Positions 42,841 through 53,989 of a DNA stretch of 64,000 nucleotides are shown here, piece after piece (the first letter of the stretch is position 1; each line of letters opens with the position of its first letter). The stretch lies in contig OZ234493.1 of the NCBI GenBank assembly GCA_965153455.1, forward strand, positions 682,001-746,000, written 5' to 3'. Position numbers and translations under genes: made by a program. The notes below the pieces were generated by a model, which saw only the letters and a program-made list of their open reading frames with translations, had not been told where the DNA came from and did no database searches. The DNA is from Sphagnum compactum. Taxonomy: Eukaryota.

Positions 42841-42992
42841 CCCCCATATACAGTGTGCATATTTAAAAAGTCATGTAGGTATTGCATTTAGGGCTCCCAC
42901 ATATAGTGTGGATTAGGGTCATAATTTGGGTACTGCAGTTCTTCCCCATATACAGTGTGCATCTTTAAATTGTCATGGAGGTATTGCATTTA
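42841..42992. repeat. Left arm of ~150-bp inverted repeat (partner 45104-45254)
   Basis: CCCCCATATACAGTGTGCAT...GCTCCCACATATAGTGTGGATT matches the reverse complement of 45104-45254 at roughly 85-90% by eye. Confidence 0.9.
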
Positions 42993-45103
42993 TTTTTTCC
43001 ATAAATAATGTAGTTTGTTAACTATCATGTGGGTATTACATTTATATTATCCATAAATAATATGGATTAAAAATTACAATTATGGCCATAGACCATATCA
43101 TATGTTTTCCATACTTAGCATTTAGGGTGTTATGTGCATGATTATATAGGGTTTAGATGAGGGATACAAATTAAGTACTTAAAACATGTACATTTGCATT
43201 AGTATTGAATATGACAATTAACATGTAATTCAACATATTGCAATATAAAATTTTGGACATCAATATTAATTTATTGTTTTTTCTTGTACAATCAGCTCAA
43301 GGCATAGTTTCAAACATGGGTCGTGTTTCAAAATCTCAATGTATTGATATTCAAAACCCAAAGAAGTCACCCTTTAACAACATGGATTTGGTGTGGAAAA
43401 AAGATGTTCGACATGGAAGGGCACATATAATCGAGGATGAGTGTGCATACATCCCACATGCACGAATATCAAAATTTCTAAACGATGAACGAAGCCATGA
43501 AGATTCCCCGATGGAGTGGAACATTTATAAGCGGGTACCTTCACAAAAAAATGTAAAAATGCCAAGAATCCAAAACCACCTCGGCCATATTTGGTATGAT
43601 GTTCTATTATTCATTTTTGTTATATGGAACTTGTTTTTTAACCTCATATTGTACCAAACTTTAGGTCCTAAATTGATTTCACATTTTGTAGGTATGCATG
43701 TGGGTATGGGCCGGAAGATAATTGTGGAGACCCAAATCACCATCGATCCATTGAACGGGGTTGTTTAGCTCAATTTTCGATTAGGCGATTGTACACATGA
43801 CCTGAGGTGGCAAAGATAATCTTTTACCATCGACTTCATACGTGGATCAATGGTGAAACTGCACATGGCAAACATGACCTTCATTCCATTGCGCGACCAT
43901 CTTTTTTTGCCCCATGAATGTCACAAGCCCTCAAGGACCACATTTGGACCCAATTGGATTTAGGTTACACCGTCAAGCAAATATATGATAAACATAAGGC
44001 AATATGGTGGGCTAGAATCATTGCAGGAGAAGCGATGACAAGGGATGATTTCATTAAACAACAAGACATTGCTTACTTGGATCGCAAACAACAAAAAAAG
44101 GAGTTGGCATTTACACCAAAATCCAGCCATTTCCCTTCACACATGGGCATTTAGTCATCTAGATGATGTGCTTTATTTTCAAGATGCAAATGAGGATAAT
44201 GGGATTCGTGTCCCATTCACAATAGGGATACAAACCCCATCTCAATTGCAAGCCATGGTTTTGTTAGGTGATAATGGGGCAATTTCAATGGATGCCACCT
44301 TTGGCATCGATGATGTGAAATTTCATTTGTTCACATTGATGGTGTTTGATGCACATCGCACTAGAGTGCCAGTTGCATGGATCATTACAAGTCACCAAAC
44401 ATGTGATGATTTGGTGGAATGGCTAACTCCTTTGAAAACAAAGCTTCTAAGGAAGAACCCTAAATGGAAACCTTCATGTTTAATTGTTGATGATGTTCCA
44501 CAAGAATTACAAGCATTACAGTGAGTTTTATTTTCATTCTACCTTTTTTTGAGCTTTTATGTACGTGCATCCATTTCAAAATTTTATCCCACATTCTCCA
44601 TTTTAAATAATGTTATTAGTTGAAATGATAATAAATTGGTATTTTATGCATGGTTAGGATTGTGTGAGGCAACAATCAAGTGCCCATTTACCTTTGCGTG
44701 TGGCACATCTTAAAGGCTTAGCGTTTACGTTTGATGGAAAAAATCAAAGACAATGGAGGGACGTGCAATATTGGATGACCTTCACACCATCATGTACATG
44801 CCCATTGAAAAAATTGAAAGCATTGAAACCTTCATGACTCGTGGGAGAAACAAGATCATTGAAAGTTTCACCCAACATTTACTTAGTGATTCATGGACTC
44901 GATATTTTTTGACCTGTTATTTCCAAGTTGGTACGTGAATTAACTCTCAAACCATTATTGTTGTTGCACCAAGTTGTGCATATCCCAAAATATTCACTCT
45001 TTGAATTAAGGTAAAAACACAAATGGTGGACTTAGTAATCCCATGTGAGCACTCAATGCAATACCCACATTAAGATCTTAATCCACACTATATGTGGGAG
45101 CAC

Positions 45104-45254
45104 TAAATGTAATACTTGCATGACATTTAAAGATGCACACTGTATGTGGGGGCAAAGTGTAATATTCACATTATGACCCCAATCCATACTATATGTGGGA
45201 GCCTTAAATGTAATACCTACATGACTTTTTAAAGATGCACACTATATATGGGGG
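45104..45254. repeat. Right arm of intronic inverted repeat (partner 42841-42992), within a ~105-bp-period tandem block
   Basis: See left arm; lies in the intron 44931-45359. Confidence 0.9.
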
Positions 45255-45747
45255 AAAAATGCAATACTTACATTATGACCCTAATCCATATTATATATGG
45301 TAGAAGGAAATGCAATACCTGCATGACAATCTATGGATCCACACTATGTGTTGTTGTAGATTTGTGGATGGTGGGGCTTCGACGAGTGCCGCATTCAAAC
45401 CAAAACACACAAACATCAATTGAATCTTACTATGGGGCATTGAAACGTTGGTTTTCTTTGGAAACAAAAGGGCTTCGAGGTCGACAAATTGATTGGTTAG
45501 TGTGGAGAGTCACGACAATAGTTGCAAAACACTACATGCACACAGCTGAAATGAAGAAACGCGGGTTCATAAAAAACAAGGTTGTGGAACACATTGTGAA
45601 AACGAAGTTTGAAAAGGCCGCATTGATCCCTCACACGAATGTCACCTATGGGATAGATTATTTGAATAAAACTCGCCATGCATGGATGGTACGAAGCCAA
45701 CAACATCCAAATATGACATATAAGGTCCCACTTCCTTTCACCAAGTA

Positions 45748-46567
45748 TGACGCGCTCCCAAGTTCCTTGTTAGACTCAAGTTGGGTCCAAAAAAGTCAAA
45801 CAACGGAATTGTTTGGAACTTGGTGCACGCTCTCAGCTTCCAGCACTAAAAGGGGTAGAGGGGCATGTTGAAGCTCCGGGATTAGACTAGGACAAGGGAC
45901 AAGCTTTACTTAGTTATTCGAACCTGCATCAAACCAACCAACAAGTTGGTTAATTCACATTCGGAAGCACTTTCAGTGCTAGGACAAGCCACGGGCGACC
46001 CTGGACTCACACGACTCACCACGGCCCGGACTCGGGGGAAGCCACCACCTTCCCCCATATAGTATTTTCTATGTTACTCCGCGGCACCTACATCCAAATG
46101 GCTCTTTTTCCCGGGACTCCCAAGGAGGAGTCCCGAAACTGTCCCGGTTTGGACTCTCGGGAATTTGGGAGTTCATAACTCCTCGCTCGAACCTCTGATT
46201 GAAATGAGGTTTGAAGCAAACTTGTAGCTCTCCTCACGAGCTTTCTAACGGTGTGTTGCACTCCACCTGCACACATCGGGGTCGGGTCGATTCCTGACTT
46301 TTAGTGGTCGGGAGTCGAACTGCCATTTTGACTCCCGGCCCTTCTCTCATACATAACTTGTGCTGCAGATGTCTAAATGCTCATGCAAGGCCATTTTCGA
46401 CATTTACACTTTAAGACCTTTCCAACGGTATAAAGAACACCTCAAGGCAAGGTGTTTTGACCCCTGCAATTGAACTCTGAGTTTTTGGGAGTCCCGGAGG
46501 ACTCCCAAGTCCCCATTCTGAGAGTGTGAATGTCATCCTCAAACTCCTTCAAAGTGGGGTTGTGACA
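45748..46567. mobile_element. Solo LTR (820 bp) inserted in the SWIM exon
   Basis: TG...CA termini, 5-bp TSD AAGTA (45743-47 and 46568-72), GC/CpG-rich; removal restores PFTKY-VCCTCEW. Confidence 0.93.
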
Positions 46568-49342
46568 AAGTATGTTTGTTGCACATGTGAATGGGCATTG
46601 CATGGAAACTTGTGTAAACATCAAATTGCCATTTTTCTTACATGTACCGATCTCACTAAAGAAAATATCATTCAATATTGTGGAACATAGTATGGATCTG
46701 ATCGTGGAGGTTTTGTTGCCATTTTTGCGGACCCTACCTATTTGCACATTTATGACAATGAATCTGATGATGAAGAGGCCGATGAAGATCACTCTAAAAA
46801 ACCATGGGTTGTTGAAATGTGTGAATTTATGAGACGAGATGATACCTCCCCCAATGTGGAAAAAGAGAAAGATCACAACCAACCTTCAAGTTCATCCACC
46901 TCCATGGAAAAAAACGCTTGCTCCAATGGGTGACATAATGTAAAAAATCATCAATGAAGTCAAAGAAGGTGGGGTTCAACTCATAGACCACACCAAATCA
47001 TTGTTGCGGGTTATTGCAACAGATGTACAAGGTATTCGCCTTTCCAAGGTGAATGAAGTCATGCATCCCGCCATGGTATTTCATTGTGTCAATGATGGAT
47101 TTGGTAATTCAATGCATCGAATGAAGGATTGGCATGAGATGATGTTAGAACATGAAAATATTCGTGAGAAGAGGGCTCGTGAGTAAAAAAAACACTTTAT
47201 ACCTATCCCCCATTTTAATTTTCCATTACTAAAATGTGCATCATATTACAATTGTGTCAAATAATATATTATTTATGTGTTAATGCGTTGATTTTTGTAT
47301 CAGTGAACATATAGGGCTTGAAACTATATTGAGGCTATATAAGACATATTTTTCAGAACTCCCAAACAAGAATATTTCACTTAAACATTATATAGAGGTG
47401 GGTATTGCAAATCAATTGTGCAATAATCACCAAGTCAATATACGGGTAATGTTTACCCATCTTGTTTCTTGTGGCATTTAATTGGTATTGCATGCAGGTA
47501 TTGCAAGGTTTTAGGTATATCATAGTTAAAGGTTAACGAACACTAACACAAGTATTACATATTATTTCATATCTTTCGTGGGTATTAATTATGTTAGATG
47601 AAGGTATTGTGAATTCCCTACTCCTTCCAGAGGGGGATTTGACCACTTAATGTGGGTATTGTCCTACTTTTTTCATTAGAATGATAATTTGTTTTAGTTA
47701 TAAATATCATTTGGATATTTCTTATTGCATTCGGTCCATTAAATGTAGGTATTGCGTTTGGTGAACAAGATCCCCTTAAGTATACCTAGATTATGAAGGA
47801 CTAAGTTTTTGCAATACCTACATAATAAATTTTTATTAACCAAAAGGGGGCTTTTGGTGAGGGTACACAATATAAATTTATGTAAGTATAATGATAAGCT
47901 TACTATGGTAAATTGGTAATATTACATTATAATAATAAAGGCAAAATTACCTTAATGATCATCTTAACATTCATTACAAACGATGTAGGTATTGCAAATT
48001 AAAGTTTGGAAAAATTGGGACATGCCCACAGTCAATACTTACAACTAAAGATGAAGGTATTGATAATTGGTTAATTTTTTAAAAATAGGTATCTTTTGGA
48101 TACGTTTTATTGTTTTTATGCACTAAATGTAGGTATTACATTTGGTAAAACAAGATGATCTTACATAACCTTAGATGATGAGGGAATAGGTTTTTGCATT
48201 ATGAAATCAAGGGGGGTTACATAACATAGATTTACCTAGGTATTGCAATTTGGGATTTAACATAGGGTGATAGGTACGGTATTACAAATTGAAAAATTTA
48301 ACCCACATCATGTAGACAATACAACCTAATGCATGCATAGGTTTGAATTTGAAAATTTAAGCAAACCTATATAATGAACCTTAAAATGTTGAGTTAAAAC
48401 CTTTGTATGTAACAAAAAATCCTTACATTGACCTTAAATTAAATAAACACAAAAAGAATTGGTTGCATAACTTTAATGGTGGAATTTAACATTTTTTTTA
48501 GAATTAAGTGTTAAAACCTAAGTTTGGAATTATTTTTGCATAACCCTAAATTGTGTACAGACTATAAACTTATGTTTTAGACCTAATTGGGGGGGGGGGC
48601 CAACCAGTGGGAAGGTTTTTTATCATTCATACCTTTGTCACGAAGTCACAAAGAAAAGAAAAATAGGAACCTTGTTAGATATATGTGTGTATGTGAATAC
48701 ATAAATTCACTTATAAAAAATTCCATGAAAATAATATAAATGTTAGGAAAAAGGTTATTTTAAAACAATTAATGACAAAAGAGTTGGGCTTAATTTCCCT
48801 AAACCTAATGTCCCCCTTATTTACTTAAAACATATATTAGGCAAAAGTTTAGATTAGGGTAATGGAACATGAACATGAGTTAGTTGATATGTGGGTATTG
48901 CAATTTGAAACACTTTATGGAAAACCCAACCATAAACAAGAGAAGATCAAAAGTTTGCAATACCTGCATAGACGAACCTATTTATGCACCAAGGGGTCCT
49001 TTCATGAAAATGGGCAATGTAATTATATAAAAAATATTATATTACATTTTTCGTTAATGTTATTGTGCGAATATTTCATGATAAGGATAATGAAGGTATT
49101 GCTTAAATGCTCTAGCATGGCCACAAAATGTGCTAACCCTATTAGATGAAGGTATTGCTCATTTGGTTTATAGTAAATGTAATCCACTTATAATGGATGG
49201 GGGTATTGTGCGCAACATGGCATAAGATTAACCCAAAATCTACAAATCCCAAAATTAGAGGTCAAAATTAAAACAAATGGATTGATAAAAAAATGTTCAA
49301 GTAACCACACTACAAAAAGGATGGTGACAAAGATATATCATG

Positions 49343-50853
49343 CTAAGTTAATCTATAATGGTTCGATACAAAACGGTGCATACGTGCACTAAAACTATAT
49401 CTATAATTATTCCTCCGAAGAAGATGAACTAAAAGGAATGCCCATATTGCTGCAGCTTCTATAGCTTTAGCTGCATGGTGATGAGTAAATAGTTGACGAT
49501 GTTCAAGCGCAATTCGAATTGCATTTGCAACAAAAGCCTCCTTTCCCCAAAGCCTAACACAAAAAAACAAAAAAAAAAATTACATTCCAATGTTAAAATG
49601 TAAATAATGTTTAAAAAAGAAAAGAAAAGTATGGAAATATACCGCCCATGAATGATTTCGGAATCGTGATACTTGGATATTGCATCCATTTCTTTGATTC
49701 GGTTGCGTTTATTGGACTCCAATGTCCAATTTCGAGCGCCCCATGCAAGTTTCAAAGGCTTTGCATAAGCAACTCTATTTGCCCAAATTGTCTCACAAGG
49801 TTTTCGTCCTTTTCAAGGCATGCCCATGCACTTTGTGGGATGAACCCCACCCCCCATGCTAGAAACCCAATGATGCCTAACAAGATCGCAGAGGTTACAC
49901 ATACCAACAAAGGATGTTTAACTTGTTCCATTTGTTGCGCTTGGGCTTAAAGTTCATCCCATTCTAACTCTGCTTTGTTTTTCACTCTATCAAAAGCCTT
50001 TTTTTCATTCCGCTTTTGCCTTCCATGTGGGTTACTCAAAATTCAAGCATTCATAGCATGGTGATTTTGTTGCCTTGGTCCCCCAACACGAGTAGAAGGA
50101 CGGCTAGATTTGCCTACCTCCATGTGAAGCCCGTGTTTATTGTCCAAATGTTGACGAAGTAGCCATTTAGCTATATAAGCGTTGGTGCATCCATTGATCT
50201 TGCACTCCCATTTTGACCTTCGTGCACCCAATCTACATCTTCCATTGCATGATTTGGTGGTACTTCTACTTGATCACTTTCATGTGAAGCCACCAAAGCC
50301 CCTATAAGAACAACATTCAAAATCAAACCAGAAAATAATCCTTAAAAATGATGAAAATATTGCAAACAAGCTAATAATAAAAACTTACAAAATATGAAGG
50401 TATTGCAAATAAACTAACAAGAGAACTTTAAAAATATGAAGGTATTACAATTAGCAAATAAACACTAAATACAAGGAGGGCATTGCAAATAGGCTAGCAA
50501 TTAAAACCTTAAAACAATGAAGATATTGTTTGGAAAAATTTAGGCAAAAAAATACCCCATCCCCATTCTCAAATAGAGCATGAAAATGGGGTTTAGGGTT
50601 TGGATTGGGATTTTTTATTTGTAATGTGTTGCATTGCACTCTTTTAAACCCTATCATGTGAAATGTATCATCCATCACAACAAATTTACTTTCAAGAATA
50701 GGAGTGGGATTAAGGTTTACCTTCAAAAGTAGGCGTATAAATGATAATTCTTTATTCCACTTCAATTTCCTCTTCATTTGCTACAACATTCACTTGTTGA
50801 TTATCGGCAGTCACCTTTCCTTGGCATTTAAGTTTCTTCCGAGGACGTGGCAT
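49343..50853 (-). pseudogene. Three-exon C2H2 zinc-finger gene convergent with the MULE gene, inactivated
   Basis: Exon 1 50853-50721 (MPRPRKKLK...); exon 2 from 50301 with WECKINGCTNAYIAKWLLRQHLDNKH then a charged helical region; exon 3 ~49555-49343; several stops and one frameshift. Confidence 0.7.
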
Positions 50854-51068
50854 CTTACAACAAAAACACTTAAATCCTTAAACAACAATCAATCCAGAAA
50901 AGAAAAACAAAAGCTTGAATCTCCCCAACAAAGCTCAACAAGGAGCTGCAAGTACATTTAAAATTCTGGGCTATGCCATAGTGATAGTTCACAACTACAG
51001 GAAATCTAGGATGCGTCGGATAGCGCGAACTATGTAGTCTGCCTTGCTATTAGGAGACAGTCGACGAA

Positions 51069-51374
51069 TCAGACCGCGCAACCAACGATAGTGTCCAACG
51101 CCGGGAACTGAAGACCTTCATAAACGGTCTCGGGTTCGTCACCAGAAGCGGGGTCGACTTGCAGCAAGATCACCAAGGTGCGAGAGTTCGGAAAAATACG
51201 ATGATACCAGGCTCGAGGGGGTTCAACTTCAAGACGAGCACACACCTCTTGAGGTTCGGGTTCTTCATTACGAGGATGTTGTGTTAGGGTAAGATCTAGA
51301 GATGAATCCAGAGGCGGTTCTTCATTCGCTTGTGCGGCTTGCGGCCCGTAAGATGTGACCGTGCGCGACGCCAT
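51069..51374 (-). CDS. Orphan ORF, 101 aa (probably ~126 aa before a 1-nt frameshift, alternative stop at 50995)
   Basis: Good start context (AATT-ATG-GCG), TATATAAA ~95 bp upstream (51469-76), CpG-rich; alternative frame reads GHYRWLRGLIRRLSPNSKADYIVRAIRRILDFL*. Confidence 0.5.
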   Translation of the reverse strand: MASRTVTSYGPQAAQANEEPPLDSSLDLTLTQHPRNEEPEPQEVCARLEVEPPRAWYHRIFPNSRTLVILLQVDPASGDEPETVYEGLQFPALDTIVGCAV

Positions 51375-51616
51375 AATTTCAAGGAGAGGAAAAAGGTCAG
51401 ATCTTCAACCAAATCAAATCAACAATGAAGGTGCGAAGGACTTGTTACATTGAGGTGCATAAGCGTAATTTATATATCGAAGAAAAGGAAAGGAAGGCGT
51501 GAGTAACGGCTTGGAACCATGGTAAAGTAAAACCGTGAGGTGAAAAGAAAAAATTGAAGGTTTAAGTAAAGTTTGTTGGGGGGAAAATAGAAGAGGTGAA
51601 AAGGTGTTTCTCCTTC

Positions 51617-51825
51617 ACATTCCATTAGCCACCAAGCTTGGAACATCCCATTGGCCACCAAGCTTGGAACATCCCATTGGCCACCAAGCTTGGAACATCC
51701 CATTGGCCATCAAGCTTGGAACATTCCATTGGCCACCAAGCTTGGAACATTCCATTAGCCACCAAGCATGGAACCTTCCATTGGCCATCAAGCTTGGAAC
51801 ATTCCATTGGCCACCAAACTTTGAA
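51617..51825. repeat. Minisatellite, ~8 x 26 bp with palindrome CCAAGCTTGG
   Basis: ACAT(T/C)CCATTGGCCACCAAGCTTGGA repeated at 26-bp period. Confidence 0.95.
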
Positions 51826-52082
51826 TCTACCTTCACCTCCTTTCTCCTTCTCTTTAAAAGGCAGACTCGGATCATTGGGGTCTCTCTCTTTGCCTCGGAG
51901 ATAATTTTCATTCAATCTTGGATACTTGTTTCCACAAGCTTCATGAAGAGGAAAAGAATGATTAGTCTTAGTAGAAGGGAGAAAGAAGGGAAGTAGAATG
52001 AAAATCTTGTAATAATTTTGAAGGAATGGGGGTAGGTAATGATAGTGTTGGAAGATTGGAACTTTAGATAAATCTCACAAAC

Positions 52083-52632
52083 ACCCTCGGGTTTCATAGC
52101 ATAACTTCTTACTGGTTCAGCTACAGAGCTTGAGATTTGGTAGTAAGTTGCGCCTTGTAGTTAGCTTTCTAACGAGCTAAGGAAAGTTAGATTTGAATAA
52201 TGTATGTGTTAGAAATGATGTTTTAAGTGACTGATGGTCTGCAGCCAAGTTGAATTATCACCTTTGTAAAACCCTCTCGGGTTTCATAGCATAACTTCTT
52301 GTTGGTTCAGCTACAGAGCTTGAGATTTGGTAATAAGTTGCGCCTTGTAGTTAGCTTTTTAACGAGCTAAGGCAAGCTGGATTTGAATAATGTATGTTTT
52401 AGAAATGATGTTTTAAATGATTGATGGTCTGCAGCCAAGTTGAATTATCACCTTTGTAAAACCCTCTCGGGTTTTGCAGCATAATTTCTTGCTGGTTTAG
52501 CTGCAGAGCTTAGGATTTGGTAGCAAGATGCGCCTTGTTGTTAATTTTCTAATGAGTTATGGCAAGCCAAATTTGAATAACCTATGTGTTAGAAACAACA
52601 TTTCAAGTGACTAGTGGTCTGCAGCTATGTTG
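52083..52632. repeat. Tandem repeat, 3 x 190 bp
   Basis: CGGGTTT..AGCATAA at 52088, 52278 and 52468. Confidence 0.95.
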
Positions 52633-53989
52633 GACATGGTGTTGAGTCCTTAAACATTGGTTTAAATGAATGACAATTTGACATAAAGTCCTAGAATGTG
52701 AAGCGTGTGAGCTTGAAAAAAATATATCTATCAGTCCTAATCGTGAATGATGAATAGGAGGCAGGCTACTTAATTTCAACTACAAACGCAATTTAACATC
52801 TAGAATTACACTTGCATCTTTCCTCCACCAGTAGCTTTTGTGCTTCTAAGCATAGTCACCTTGTAGAACCGGGAGTAGAGGGACGGAAAGTCGCCTCACA
52901 GTCCTCTGTTTTGCAGCTTAGACATTACTTGTAGAAAGAAAGAGCTAAAAGGAAATAAACTTATTCATGATTGAATCTTCCAGTTGATTATTGAAATGTT
53001 GCAAAAATTCAGGATGTTTTAGTAATGGATTGCTTGAAAAGTTGTTCGAAGATTTTCAAATATATTCATCTTCACACAAAGTATTTATGGATTGAGTTAT
53101 CCTATGCAACAGGTCTTGGGCTAGTGTGTTTAGGCTCCTTACCACCTGGGGTGAAATATGGATTTGGAATGGCAAATGTAGCAATGTTCTATGACCAAAT
53201 CTGCATAGTTGGGGAAGGTGGCAACCAGAGGAAGATAAATAATGGGATGTGTCACTGTGTGGACTCTATGGCTAGAAAAGAATTGTCTTTGGTCACTCCA
53301 AGTTGTAGTGCTGATAATGATGATTTTTCACACATTTGGATGGCTCTATTTGCCTTATGACACACAACAAGGTGCTTTCCAAACAGAGGTGATGCATGGT
53401 CTGAAAATGGGTTGAATTTCCATATTTCAAAATCGTAAGGTCAATTAGGTTATAGAGGATACAAATATGATCATTTGTGTTGGACAAGGTGTGGGTCTAT
53501 GCAATCACATACTGAACTTAGGCATGGGTTGGACCACTCCATGGGGATTCTAAAGTTCTGTGTTTGTGAATCAAACAGGTTTGGAAATGTTGAAACGACA
53601 TCATCTGCAACATTACAAGACTTGTTGTGTGACAATACATTGGATGGAGGTGGGTTTAAGACCGCTTGTTGCTTTGAATTTGTTCCAATCCTTTAAGAGG
53701 TGCTAGACCACATATAAGAAATACATCTCCATCTAAAATTTAGCATATGTGATATATGTGTGTACAGGAATGTATATCAATGTCATCAACCTATCACATT
53801 CTTCAGAAAAGTTGGAATTTACCATGTGATTGCTTACTAATGAATGATCCTGTTGTGTGGTAGAGATACACAAATCTAACTAATGGAATGCAGATGTCAA
53901 GTACAAGGCGAGTGAAAACTTTTGATTAAGCACTCACTTGGAAACCAATTGCTAACTGAGACCCTCCAACAAAAGATCAAGTATCACAT

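Larger units (their letters stand above)
43316..47186 (+). pseudogene. Multi-exon MULE-type DDE transposase-like gene with SWIM zinc finger, inactivated
   Basis: Exons ~43316-43593, 43692-44521, 44658-44930, 45360-47186; motifs WYACGYGPED, SMDATFG...LFTLMVFD, CLIVDD, CVWH, SIESYYGALK, and SWIM CTCEWALHGNLCKH once the LTR is removed; stops and frameshifts. Confidence 0.9.
41244..52935 (-). mobile_element. Putative ~11.7-kb element with Helitron-like ends carrying MULE-SWIM, C2H2 and orphan genes
   Basis: Minus strand starts TCTACAAGTAATGTCTAAGCTG (52935) and ends with hairpin ACGGCCACCAACTGGTGCCGT + CATGGCCGTA-TTAG|T (41244); tandem arrays near both ends; 5' flank is T not A and the end is TTAG not CTAG. 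Confidence 0.45.

Noticed and set aside
45748-45871. C-terminus of ORF 45248-45871
   Set aside because: Read-through into the solo LTR
51470-51996. Overlapping ORFs on both strands
   Set aside because: Artefacts of the 26-bp minisatellite
53025-53700. Short ORFs on both strands
   Set aside because: No recognisable homology; stops in all plausible frames
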